Assembly (NCBI GenBank): GCA_002633005.1
Contig: NMRA01000318.1
Coordinates: 335,594 to 399,593 of the forward strand
Origin: Phoronis australis
Lineage: Eukaryota > Animalia > Phoronida
Reading direction: 5' to 3'
Length of the DNA stretch: 64,000 bases
Shown here: piece after piece, positions 12,581 through 25,980 of the stretch
Layout of the letters: the number at the start of each line of letters is the position of its first letter
Numbering within the stretch: position 1 is the first letter of the stretch
Notes under the pieces: model-generated
Seen by the model: the letters and a program-made list of their open reading frames with translations, nothing else
Database searches by the model: none
What the model was told of the DNA's origin: nothing
Translations under genes and position numbers: made by a program

Positions 12581-13199
12581 GAGTTCCTGCTGAGGCCTTG
12601 CAACTACCACGGCACAGCCAACGGTAACAACATTTTGACCAGCAATAAGCAACGTGTAAGCAAACTTGCTTGATTTCAAGGGATAACTACCTTCTGGTTT
12701 CTTACGCGTTCCTGTAAATAGTTGTTTACAGACAGTTAACCTCTTAAGTTTCTTCTGTCGTAAGCAGAAACAGATGAATTAAAGGAGTATTGTTTTTGGA
12801 ATGGCCTCTCTTACTTGTCTGAGAGGTACTCAGGTAGTGAGGAAATGTGTCTGTTTAGCAATACATTGCCGCACCCAGCCCAGATAGGTGATTATGTTAT
12901 TTATCCAGGTATGTTTTGAAACAACTACGAAGAAGCACATTCCAACTTGCTTTGAGCTAGGAACTGGTTCCTAGCTTTGAGAAAAGGCAAAGCCGCACAC
13001 GTGAGTACCAAGTCACTCAACTCAAGTGGCTAAGTTTAAATGAAGACAAGCGAAAAACATTTGGTTGCAAAACTTTTCTTGAAATGTAGCCCCGGTATAT
13101 GTGCTCGTAGTTTTGTTGCATATACTGAATTTATGGCAAAAAACATACTGTGATTATGGAAAATACGGGAAATTTAGACAACAAAGAAGAAAAACATAC

Positions 13200-13234
13200 C
13201 CGGCAAACGACTTATCTCCCGCCAGGTCAGCCAT
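13200..13234 (-). CDS. ASH2L: ASH2L first coding exon (MADLAGDKSFA-G), phase 2
   Basis: ATG at 13234 next to the promoter; GG|gtatgt donor; 35 nt, phase-compatible with exon 9787-9876. Confidence 0.7.
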
Positions 13235-13681
13235 TGGGGTTTCTAATCTCACGAGATTTCAAAAAGTTGAGAGTTTCACGAAGCATTCGTGCACAGAACA
13301 AAACGTGTTCAAAGCAAATTGGTTGAATCAGAGAGAACCTAGCATTGGTTCTAAATCAATCAGAACTTCTATGTTTGCAATGACGGGCAACGCAAATGCA
13401 CTTTTGAAACAAGCACCTGTTCCAAATGATCACGTGACTTCGAGATTTCCTTCGCCATTTTAGTGTTGAACTCGAAGGTTCAGAGCGGAGCATTTTACAA
13501 CTCGATACAAGTGTGAACATTTCCCCGTCTTCACAATTCTAAAATGGATAAATGTGCTGGTGTAAATTATCTCGGACTTGGCTCGTAATCTGCAGAATGT
13601 TATTCTTCGTGTATAAAGTTGCAAGCGATTTATGATCAAGTGTTTCTGCGTTCTGTCAATCCTCGGCTGTCAACCCCAACT
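13235..13681. promoter_or_regulatory. Bidirectional promoter and 5' UTRs shared by ASH2L and AAK1
   Basis: Divergent ATGs at 13234(-) and 13682(+); ATTGG (CCAAT) boxes ~13318 and ~13344; TCACGTGA E-box ~13430; YY1-like CGCCATTTT ~13453. Confidence 0.7.
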
Positions 13682-13787
13682 ATGAAGAAACTGTTTTCTA
13701 AAAGTTCTGACGACAAGCAAGGATTTGTTGGTAAAGTGTTCAGTGTGGGACGGCATAATGTTACGGTAGAAGAGATAATCGCTGAAG
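13682..13787 (+). CDS. AAK1: AAK1/BMP2K-like NAK kinase exon 1 (MKKLFSK...VTVEEIIAEG)
   Basis: MKKxF N-terminus and VxxxxAEG(GF) Gly-loop start typical of AAK1; gtaagt donor. Confidence 0.93.
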
Positions 13788-16700
13788 GTAAGTTATATTT
13801 TGGAAATCAGTTTAATCGAGGCAGTCAGTTTTCAATTTTGACCGGATGTTTGTTGCACGACGAATGACTCATGAGTCATCTTTCATCGGCTTGAGAATAA
13901 CTGATAACCCTTGCCACTTCAGTCGCAAAATTGCGTTTACTTTTTGTACGTGGGATTGTGTTGCCTTTCTAGTTATCAAAATGTAATCAAGTTTGTCTTC
14001 AAGTTCTGACTAGCAGTAAACTGTGTTACTAACTTGTGAATCTGGGATATTGACTTGGGAACACACCCCCCTAGCCCAGACAGTGACCACCGTCTCCAGA
14101 TGTCCCCAGTAGGGGCTTGTTAGAGACAGTAGTCACCGTCAACCACTGGCCCTGAATTGAATAGTTCTGGAGCCTACTGTAAATTCATCTCTCCAGAGTA
14201 TTATGTTACTGTATCCCAAGGAAGAACAGCCATAACAAGAACAACAATAACAACTTGAAAATAAATATAGTGAACGTCAATTCCAAGATTGGACATCTCC
14301 ATGGTGTTTCATAGATAGCTTGCAACTGAAGATTTCCAAGAGTTGGGGCTGAAGTTATGTAGTGTAGCTAGCTATTCCAGTCTGCTACTGCTCTTGGGGA
14401 AAACGGTATCTTTCTAAAGTCAGGCCCATTTATTGGTGTGGTTGAGGATAATGTTCTGATAACGGATATTCCGATTGATTTTTCTAAAGGATTTAAACTA
14501 CTAGTTTGGTGGTGTAATATCACAGAGCAACTGAATTCAAGTAAATTGATGCTTCATTTTCCAAAATTGCTTGATTCATGGGATTTTCAAAAATTCTCAT
14601 ATGACACTTCGAGCCGCGATTTAGCGACATGGGCCAAATAAGCGTATTGAGGACCAGTTTAAGTCTAAAATATTCCATTAATATTCAAAGTAAAAAATCA
14701 AGGTTCCTGCAGGGTGGCCAATGAACAAATTTGGTCTCAATACTCAAAGCACTTTCATTTGATCATAAATAGATATTTGTGCAAATAGATATTTGTGCAG
14801 AAAAATGAATCATTTTGTAATTTCAAATTAATTTTTACATCTGGATTCAGTCCATTTTTCTGCCCAAGAAGAGTACTAGAAATTGCGAAGAATATTGGTC
14901 TAGAAATGCTTCGGACCATAATTTGCATCATGGTATACAAACAACAAATGCAAGCCATTAAAATCACAGAAATTAAACTGCTCAGCTAACTCTCATGAGA
15001 TTTGTAATGTTTATTCTTCGTAATATGTATTAGTATAAATAACAATTAGTTGTTGTCATCACCAAAAGTTTTTGAGTTCGAAGGCAGCAGTTGACCACTT
15101 TGAACTCAGTGATGCCTGCCTGATGAAGGACTGTTCACCTCAGCACACACATGCCAATGCATACTCAGTACCCACTGATTGCATAAGGATTAATAATCCC
15201 AGATATTGCATCATGTTATCCATGATTATACAAGGCCTTGTACTTTCGTATCTTTGGTGAAGTTTCTGTCTGTGATTCAGCCACCGTATGGCATATTGTA
15301 ATGAACTGGAACTGTAAACTAGAACTGTCAAAAGCTCCCCTTTCGTTATGAGACATCTTGTGTTTGTACTTTTTTATGTTGTCAAAGGAAAGTAAATTTT
15401 CTACACCATCATCCGTTTGATGCTGACATCAAATCAACTATGACTATCATTCATGACAGTTAATGGATGTATCCAGGACTGTATTAAGATTTTGTTTTTA
15501 CTACATTAAATTTTCTGCCAAGCCTAGATGTAGTTTTACCTTGATTTTATTTAGTGATTTCTATGAGGCACATTTTCAGTAAACTATGGATGTTGTCTAT
15601 AATGTCTTACTATAAGCTGCAAGTAAAGCTCTTCTGTCTCAAGTTCTAACCAAGGCTCAATTATTATTTCTTACAGGAAGTTTTAAGACCCTACCTTGAA
15701 CATGTGGCGAATAACAGATTTATTCCTCTGGTTAGCTCTTAATGTCATTAACTAGCCATTGCTGTATTAATTTCACCTAGACAGGTGTTTGTCTGCTCGG
15801 TGCAGTGATACCACCATAAGTTGTGGTTGATGTGACCTGATGTGACAGACGATGTGAAATAAATTTGCGTGATACCTTTCTTGTAGTGGGTGAGCAAGAA
15901 CCATTTATTCAATACCATGTGGATTCTCAAATTCATGTATTAGCAAACATGGAAAGCACCTGAAATTGCTTTTTTTTGGTTACGTAATTCTTCTGACGGT
16001 TTAGGATGTCATTTCTAGAGAAAGTTCAAGAATATTTAGTGCATTCCGCGATATTGATTTTGTAAGAGAGGTGACATATATCTTTTAAAATTCTTGTGTA
16101 CAACTAGTACAAGGAGTGAGGCATTGTAGCTACAAGAAATTTGGAGTGTGCATTGTGTTGAAGAAAGTCTAATTGGTGCTCGTTTACAATACATTAAAAA
16201 CTGGTTTTAACTAGCATAACAGACCTGACCAAAAAGTATTGGGTGATTTGTTAGGTATTTTATGTTAAGAACTTTTGTCTCTCAAATTCTACAACCAATT
16301 TCTATTTAGATAATACTATAATTTATTAGGTTGTAATGTAGCAAGTTGCAATAAAATCAAATTTATAAGCCTCACCAATTTAAAATAAACACTCATGTTA
16401 CAGACATGACCAACAGTTATGAAATGTTGGCACTTGCATTAAGCAAGCCTGTAGCTCAGCCACTTTTTAATGAAGAAAATATATGCATAATGCCATAGCA
16501 TTATATAAACATGAACATCTGTAGGGGATGGGGGCAGGTGATTTTAATGTTTTGGTTAGGTATTGTCAACTTTTAAAATGTATTGGGATTTTTCAGTATA
16601 CGTGGTGGTTTTTTAGATTGCTCAAAATTTTTCGAAGACTCAGTGTTATTGCAAACGTCTTTTATCATACCATAACCATAGAAACTGCTTTATTATCTAT

Positions 16701-17176
16701 ATGGAAACTAGTACATGAAAGACGGAAGATATTTTTGATGAACCACTTTTTGCAAATTGCATTTTTGTTCATGTCTGCTAAGGTTATTAAAACCAATTTT
16801 TTATGTATTGAAAATGAAAAGAATTGGAAAAAATAATACCTATTTAAAACGCGAACACCAAGTGGGTAGGGAAACCGCTCTACAATTTGGAACTCTGCTC
16901 ACTTCACACACAAAAGTTAGCTGCCAGCATCAATATTTTACCTTCCTGTAACTTCACGCATCTATGAGCCGACATTTTTACTTTCTGTTTGTTTCGCACA
17001 TTTTGCAAAATGTTATAGCAGTTAAGGCAATGCATTCCTAAAATTTCTTGTATTTATGCTCCTTAACTGTTTTTATGTTAGAATTTTAAGTCAAAATGTC
17101 GTCAAGTCTGCTTCAAAATCAATGTCATGCAATGCACCTGTAGCATTGTGGTACCCAGTGAAGCCACATTTTTGAT

Positions 17177-17340
17177 TACCGTAATCGTTCGGGTTAACGC
17201 CCATGCTCAGTTAACCGCCCACCTCTACTTTAGGTGGATTTTCGATTTAACCGCCCACTGCTCGGTTAACCGCCCCCCTGCTATTTTTGAAGATTTCCAA
17301 TTAAGCGCCCACCTCTCGGTTAAGCGCCCATCCCCTACTT
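17177..17340. mobile_element. Left end of a related TACCGTA-terminated element with TTAA(C/G)CGCCC subterminal repeats
   Basis: About six ttaa(c/g)cgccc motifs after taccgta; breaks off near the N at 17378. Confidence 0.5.
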
Positions 17341-17550
17341 TTGACGATTGGTGATTACCGCCCTGTGCTAATAGGAANGATTAACATGGATTAAATACAT
17401 AAATGTATTTATGACCTTGTGCTTGATTAGCAAATTAGGGAGTTATCTGACACATGTCCATTTGAGATGAGATGAGCAGCTACTCCTATTGTTGTTATGG
17501 CACGTCCTGTTGAGTTCAGCATATATGCAGATGTTAAATCTATTTATTAT

Positions 17551-18606
17551 TACGGTATTTGCCCTAATAAGTGCCCATGGCGCTTAGAAAAATTATTTTC
17601 GGGAGGCGCTTATTTTAGCCTAAGGGAGTTGAAACCCGGTCTCCAAAACAGGTGAAAACAGAAGCTAGGATTCATCAAATTTACGCTCTGTGACATATCT
17701 ATAACCTATGATAGACTTTCTACAAAATTGTGGTGCATTGCTATCGGACTTTGTTGTTAAATTAGATCCTTTTTCAGAGAATTGTGCCTCGCAATCGTCG
17801 ATAGGGCAACTTGAATTCTTGAATAAAAATACAGTTTTGACTCAACAAATTTCCCGAAATCCTTGTTAAGTTTCCAAGTACCGTCCCTAAGATCTTTAAG
17901 TTCCTGTGGAGTCGGGATTAACCGCAGATTAAGTCCAATTTTGCGCTAGATCGCACCCCGCAACACGAGAAAATATGGACGAACAGTGACGAACACACAT
18001 GTTGTTGTCATGTGACGTTTGTTTTGAAGTTCATCTGCAGGTGTGTGCCGAGTGAGCTAGCGTGTGCGTGTCATGAGAGTTCACTTGCCCCAATTGTAGG
18101 CCTACATGTATGTAGCATGCGCTTCCTGGCCACGTGCTTTGAACACTGATCAAGTTTTTTAGTCTTCGATTTGTGGTTTTCACGTGTTCAAAGAAATCTG
18201 GATTACTGTTGAGGGAGAAGATCTGTATGGGAAAGATACAATACAATCCTGTTGATGAGTACGCTGCATTTGTTCTGAAAGACCATAGTGGGACACGTTT
18301 CTCGCAAGATCAGCAAAACTTGCGTTCGTTTTGAAGCACTGCGGAAGTTAGAAGTTTATATTCACGGCTTAATACCGACAACAGCGGTGAGGCTCGTGGT
18401 CTACAAATTCCGCGCACAATGAATTTTTTCAAGACTTTCGGATATTATTGATAAATTGAAGACGTTACTGTAGAATTTTAGAACTGCAGGTAAGGCATTT
18501 TTCGCATGTACACACACGTTCATGGACTGGGCGCTTGTTTTAGCAAAGTCTGAAAACGTGTGAGGGCATTATGGGGGCATGGGTGCTTATTAGGGTGCAT
18601 ACGGTA
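17551..18606. mobile_element. Non-autonomous DNA transposon with TIRs, TA-flanked (Tc1/mariner-pogo-like)
   Basis: Left tacggtatttgccctaataagtgcccatg vs reverse complement of right end taccgtatgcaccctaataagcacccatg. Confidence 0.65.
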
Positions 18607-19716
18607 GGTGGTTTTCAACTAATTATTCATGAGGCAGCATTATGATGGGATTACAGCTAAGTTTTTTTCGTAGTTTAAAACCTACATTCTTAAAAATGCT
18701 ACAAATTTCGTCGTGTGTTGGTGACAGTTGTGCAATATAAATTTTCAGGAAATGAAACTTCCCTGTTTCGCCATATTGTGAACATTCTAAATTGAAGAAA
18801 TTTGACATCTAGTATTACTAAGCTTTAAGTGACATTAGTTTCTACAAATTTCTTGCAAATCTATAAATTCTTGCGAGGGAGAAATCTCCCTGGTTGTTAA
18901 GTATTGAAGCTTGTGGAGAGTGAATATCATGTTGTTAAAATTGGAGAAACTGTCTCGCAAACGTACCTGACACATATAACGTAAGTGACATTGATTGATG
19001 AAACTAGTTACACACAGCAGCAACTGTGCTTTTAATATTGATTCATTTTGTGCAAACCTCAAAATCCTTTATTTTACAAATTCATCCATAAAACAGGCAA
19101 AATCTTTACTAAACGTCTTTATTCCGGGCGATAGATTATGACCTCTGTTGCAAGATGTCAAATCAATTAAAAAACATAACAGACATGACATATGTTTTTT
19201 GGAGCTGGGTGGAAATCTACTTTGGAAAATTCACATACTAATGATGACTACAGTGGAATGAGAGAAAAGTTGTTGAAATTTATTAGTTCTTTTTTCTGAT
19301 ATTAAAACTTTTATAACTCAAATGTTATACGCATAACATTCATTACTTTAATAGGTAAGTTTCAGATAGTAATAAACTAGTTTGCAGGTGCGTTCAATTG
19401 TTAATTTTCTACTTGTCTGACAAATAGTATACCAAAACAAATTTGAAAATAAGTTCATCAAATCTGTTATTAAACTGATGAAAAAGCGATGTCACATCTG
19501 GCACCCAAAAGTTTTATTTACTAAAACGACAAGAACCTTACAATAAAGCAAAATTCAAAATAGTGAAATGAAGTAGGCGAAGAGGCAATGAAAAAATAAC
19601 CGCCAAACCATGTATCAATATCAAAATGATGGTTAAAGGACCTATTTGAGATTTTTCACGGTTCACGGATTAAGGATTAAGGTAATATGCCAATTTCGGG
19701 ATTTAATGCAGGTTGC

Positions 19717-20160
19717 TGTAGTTATTAATACAGGTCGTTACATAGTTATTGATACTAGTGGTGAAAGCACTTAAATACATGCATTCAAAAACAGATACAT
19801 TCACGTGCATACATGCAGTTGTATATATGTCATTAATTTCACGCAAAAACAATTGCCAGAATTTTGTAGTTATTAATACAGGTCGCTACATAATTATTGG
19901 TATTAGTGGTGTAAGTGCTTAAATACATGCATTCAAAAACAGATACATTCACATGCATACATGCAGTTGTATATATGTCATTAATTTCACGCAAAAACAA
20001 TTGTCAGAATTTTGTAGTTATTAATGCAGGTCGCTACATAATTATTGATATTAGTGGTGAAAGCACTTAAATACATGCATTCAAAAACAGATACATTCAC
20101 ATGCATACATGCAGTTGCATCTACAGTAATTCTCACTAATTTCACATGAAAACAATTGTT
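19717..20160. repeat. 148-bp tandem repeat, 3 copies
   Basis: tgtagttattaat starts at 19717, 19865 and 20013. Confidence 0.92.
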
Positions 20161-22360
20161 AGACTTGTTGTTTTTTCCATTTTTCAATGGCTGTAATTGC
20201 AGATAATGGAAAAATAAACAAAAGTTGTTTTATGACATCTACACAGTACAAGCCACGCAAGCATTAGACTAAAAAATAATTTTAATTTTTGCGGAAAAAT
20301 TAAACGTAAGGAGTAGTTCACTTGTCGGCCTTATTGTATCCTAAGAGAAGAGTTATCGCTGTGTTTTGCTTTCGCAGTCACAATGAACTGAATCTGTGCC
20401 ACTTAAATTTGGCTTTACTTAGTACTTGAATCATAAAGTTAATTCTCATAGCAAAGTGAAATGTTAGATTCAGGTTTTCTAAGTCAGTCCCCTTCTTCTT
20501 TAGTATGTCATACATGTTGGCATTTTCAAAAGCTATACAATGTGTGGAACTTCTTGAAGAATTCGATAGGTGTATGCATGTTGTACAAAACAATATTTTT
20601 AATGTGCCATGCCCGGATATTAGCGGGCGCTCTGAACAGCTTATGTATGACCTGCGTTGCTCGTTTTTTTGCCCCCTCCCCAGTCGTCTCCAGATGTGCC
20701 GCCCATGCAACAAAGTTATTGACAAATGCACTATATGCTTTGCATTCAGACTCCGTTTAATGTGTGGAAGTTGGAGCTAGAAACCATGACAGGTTCTGTT
20801 TCCTAATTGAGGGTATGACAGATTATCTACTGTTTCCTGCTTGGCATCAGTAGTTATTTCCAATGTTTACATCTGAATATCTAGAGCAGTTAAGTACTGT
20901 ACATGCCTAAAATAGCCTGATAACTCATAATGACTTGATAAGTGCAGCTACTCAGTTCATGTGCGCGGCTTGTATTCAGGTTTTCCTTGCACGCAGTCAG
21001 CGTGACGGGGAATTCTGGGGTATTATGTCCGATTATTTTCGGGTTGCACTCTATAATGTCTTGGAGGACCCACCTTGCATCAAAATAATTTTGAGTTTTC
21101 ATTCTGGCCATTTACTGCTATGGAACTGGTCTCAACATTTCCTGAGTTGGGTTAGAAGTGAGTTCTGCTGGTGGAAAGAAGTTCATGCACGCACCCAGCT
21201 TAAAATACAGGGGTTCTCGAATTCTGCGCTATGCGGACCTTCCACTAAAAAAAACGGAGCCACTAGATTCAGGCCTGCCAATCAGGCATCCGCGCCAAAT
21301 TCTTGTTGACTTTGTGGACTTTAGTTTTGTTAACTAGGACTTTTTGTTTCACCTTTTTGCCAAATTCGCCAAATTGGGTGCGCCCTAAAAGTAACTTTTC
21401 ACTGTTGCTTGAAACTCTGCTTGGTGTATAAAATGACTTGCCACAGCAGCCAAGCTTCTAGCTTGATCTCATGCGTTAGCAAACAATCAGTTCTTCTCTT
21501 TCTTAGAATTCACCTCTAGTCTAAGCAAGGAAAATTTCTGACCAATTTTATGACAAGAAAGATTCTAAATCAAAACGCATTTTTGTTGCCAATTCAAGTG
21601 AAAGTCGATCGTTGTACCGAAAGTACCTAGATGTGTATACGTTGTATATCTCTGTATATGGTTAAATCTCTTGATGAAGTAATCTTGTGATATATAGTAA
21701 TTAACACATAAAGTCCACTAGATGTAGACTAAGCTTTCATTGCAAAAAGATTAGCCTATCTTCCATTGTAAGATTGGCTTACTGACAGTGCCAGCATTGT
21801 TATTTCCTAGAAAATGCTTGAACACCCTATGTAGCTAGTTAAAATGTTGATGATTTGCGTTTCCGAAATTGTGTTATTGGTTATTTTGAAATGCATTGTT
21901 AATTGTTTTCTTATAATTTACAACCAAGAATATTTTCATGGGAGGAAGAAGAGATGGAGCATCTGTTCAAATGGCACAGCCATCCACTTTTTGATGTTTT
22001 TCAAGCTAGGTTTCTCTTTTGAGAAGTACCAGTGTACCGCTATGGTTTAGGTCATGCCATCAGTCAGTTAGTTTAGATGCGCCAGTGAGTGCTCTCGTTA
22101 TATTTGGTCAAACGTGGAGCAGAGTCGTGTTTGAAAAGTGCTGAACTATGTTTAGAAATCCTGATACATGTTTGAAAAGTTCTGAATTATGTTTAAGACC
22201 TTGAGTCATGTTTGAAATTCTGCGTTGTTTTGTTCATCAAAGTGACTGAAAATAAAACTTCCTCGTTCAATAGTCCACCATGAATTGTGTATACTTGAAT
22301 GGCGTGGGATGCATTCCCAAAATGACGCTAGAGAGCGGGTGGGTTATTGTAGACAGATAA

Positions 22361-22528
<168 letters not shown>

Positions 22529-23509
22529 TAATTTGAAGTGTCTGTGAAGCTCTTTCTAACTTGTACAGCCCATTGTCAGCATCCTAAAACAAACTCTGTG
22601 TATCACTTTGTGAATTCAAGGCACCAAAACCCAACAATAGAAAGTTAATACTTGTTAAATGATTTTCATGTTAGTAACTATTAATTTTTTTCCGCTCCAA
22701 GTGTTGGTTTGTGGCCGGTAGTCATTTCGAGGCAGGCTGAACACTTTTCTGTCCCTGAGCATGGTGCTTGACCTTTTGCAATTTTTGCAGACAATCTGAT
22801 AGAAGGGGGAGGGGGAGTTGCGTCGTGTGGTAGGGGGAGTTGCCTAATGTCTGTCTGACATCTATCTGCTGCTACGTATTGTCGTCTTAAATATGTAGCT
22901 GGCAGTATGTTCAGATCTTGCCCTTGAACAGGTGAAGTGACTTGATTATTACGTGAACTTGCCCTGTCTTCATTCAGTTGATTTTTTTGTTGCTCATCTG
23001 TGGGCTAGACGAAACCGCAAGTGTGTGAGTCAATAAGGGATCTTGCCAAGTCACTGATTAGACACTATCATTAAATATCAATTGTCTATAACTTTACATG
23101 TGTTCCATTAATGTGTCCTCCATATGATGTACAACAGCTGCATAATGCCTTATAGTATTTCCTCTTTTACTGGGTAAATGAGTTGAATGTTTGAAGACTG
23201 AAATGTCCTTTGGCATAGAAAATTGTGTGTTTTATTGAAACTAGTGAATCATTGACTTCCCAGTTCTGTCTTTGTAAAAATCCAATCCTTAAAAGTTCAC
23301 GACAAGTTTATGAATATGATAATAATTTTTAGTGACGGGTCTTCTATCTTATCTGATCTGTTTCCTGGAAGAGTCTTTAATTCTGTCTTGTTGAAAGTAA
23401 CTGAATTGAAACCATGTTAAATGTCCACTTAAAATTCATCAATTAGATATGTTTGCAATTTACAATGATTTAAGTCATCTATTCGTAATTTGCTGACTGT
23501 TTCTTGCAG

Positions 23510-23615
23510 AAATCTTTATCTGGTCATAAAAATATCATAACGTTGGTGGACTCTAGCATTACCCCAACGGGCAATGGAGTCTATGAGATTCTTATGCTCA
23601 TGGAGTACTGTCGAG
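23510..23615 (+). CDS. AAK1: AAK1 exon 3 (KSLSGHKNII...VYEILMLMEYCR)
   Basis: LSGHKNI motif; GT-AG. Confidence 0.96.
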
Positions 23616-24133
23616 GTAGGTGTTGGTTCAGGTGTGTATCTGTTTTTATTACAAATTTATAGCTCCTTAAAGTGAGACTGCCCATGGTTTTGAAAGCCCA
23701 AGTTTGATAGGGCCTCCTGAATATAGACAAATGTTAGAAAACGAGAAGCGTTAATTTGCCATGTGCTTTTGATAAGAAAACTTGTACCAAAATTATAGTC
23801 TCGCTGATTTGTGTCCCAGTTTCTGTGCACCATGCCTGTAAATAAAGGATTTCAATCCCAGACATAGGGCTCGCTGGAAAAGTGCAACCTTCAAGTAAAA
23901 AAAGAGAAGACTAGAGAACAAAGTCATACTTGATGTCAGAATATGACTTTAGTGTTTACAAACAAAGTACCAGTAAGAGTATGTTAGCTGGTAGCTGGGA
24001 ATGCCAGCTTTATTGTTTTTCTTACTGAGGACATCGGGATAGAGAAAGGAAGGGGGGAGGGAGGGTGGAGAGTGGGGGAAGGACGGAGGNGGGAGGGGGG
24101 AGGGAGGGAGGAGAATGCCCTAGAGACAAATAA

Positions 24134-24526
<393 letters not shown>

Positions 24527-24976
24527 TGAAGCTCGTGCATCAGAAAAGAGGTGTTTTTTGGAGTCTAGTCTTATTCCTGTAAGAAATGTGTAGTGTTCTC
24601 CACATCTAAAAATCTAAACAGGTCGCACGCGTGAAAATGGCAACAAACACGCCGGAAGCGCGCGGTGGTCAAAGTTCTCTGTAGTGTGCACTTACCTTAT
24701 TTTTCCCACATACTTCAATAGTAATGCACAGTAGTGCAAACAAATAACTGTGTTTAACTTTTTATTTTTAAACGGGTGACAATGTACTTATTTTTAACGT
24801 CTCACATAAACCATTTGTTTATTCAATGACTTTAAAATGGTAGTCAGTACAAATTGTTATAAAGTGATAAGTGCTGTGGGCACGATTTGCAGTGAGAATC
24901 GTGACGTGGGGAGGTACAATCCCATCTTCATTTTAACTCCTTTGTTGCTATGTGCGGAATCATTACTGCTCAATGA

Positions 24977-25117
<141 letters not shown>

Positions 25118-25732
25118 TGAGTTGACAAATGCTATTAATGTTTTATGAAGCTGCTTCGTAAAAATGTTCTCGCTATGCTTTTTTCCCCCATATGCTATTT
25201 AGTCCAAGCAAGAAGACAGAAGTACGTAATACACTTTATTGAGGCAGGTGCCATTGCTTTCACCATTACTATTGCCAAGCAACTGTGTTAACGTCATGCC
25301 AACAATCACACTCAGGAGATATAGACTTAACTTCTTGATCCAAATCCCTGTGCTGAGTTTACAGTTCATCAATAGCTCCTCTTGTTTACATCAGATCAGT
25401 ATGCCCCCGGTAACCCACAGACGAGTTTTAACTTCCTGGTTCGCAGTTGATCAATTTTTAAAATGAACCACTTAAAATTTGTTTAATGTATTATACAGTT
25501 CTATGTTCTGCAATTCAGTTTTACAAAGGATTGTCTTCTTACTAGTTGTGATGAGCTCTAGTCCAAGTGGGTAAAATCTCACTGCTTTAGGGCACTACAT
25601 GGTAGATAAGTGAAGGTTTTATTTTTATTTTTTTCTCAAGACGAGTAGCACCAAATAAACACTAAGTGGCGACCCCTACCAATATGTTGATAAACTATGA
25701 GCGTGCACAACAAAGAAGCAGGTAATGGAAAT

Positions 25733-25980
25733 TTATCTGTCGGAGTCATGTAAGTTTTTGAAAGCACTAGCTTTCGGTGTCGTCTCAATAGAGAAGGTCA
25801 CTAACTCACAGTATACGATACAAGATAATGGTGATGACGTCCCTGCTCGTATGTGTTACGCCCTCACTATTGTAACATCATCGCCATTGTCTTGTGTCGT
25901 ATACTGTGAGGTAGTGACCTTCTCTGTTGAGATGAGACCGAAAGCTGGTGGTTTCAAAAACTTACGACTCTGACAGGTAA
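25733..25980. repeat. Foldback with ~105-bp inverted arms in AAK1 intron 5
   Basis: 25733-25837 pairs with 25878-25980. Confidence 0.92.

Noticed and set aside
20378-21309. Cluster of 90-124 aa ORFs in AAK1 intron 1
   Set aside because: No recognisable domain or splice-compatible structure; probably chance or decayed repeat
24040-24115. G-rich purine tract, potential G-quadruplex
   Set aside because: Low-complexity sequence interrupted by an N; unreliable
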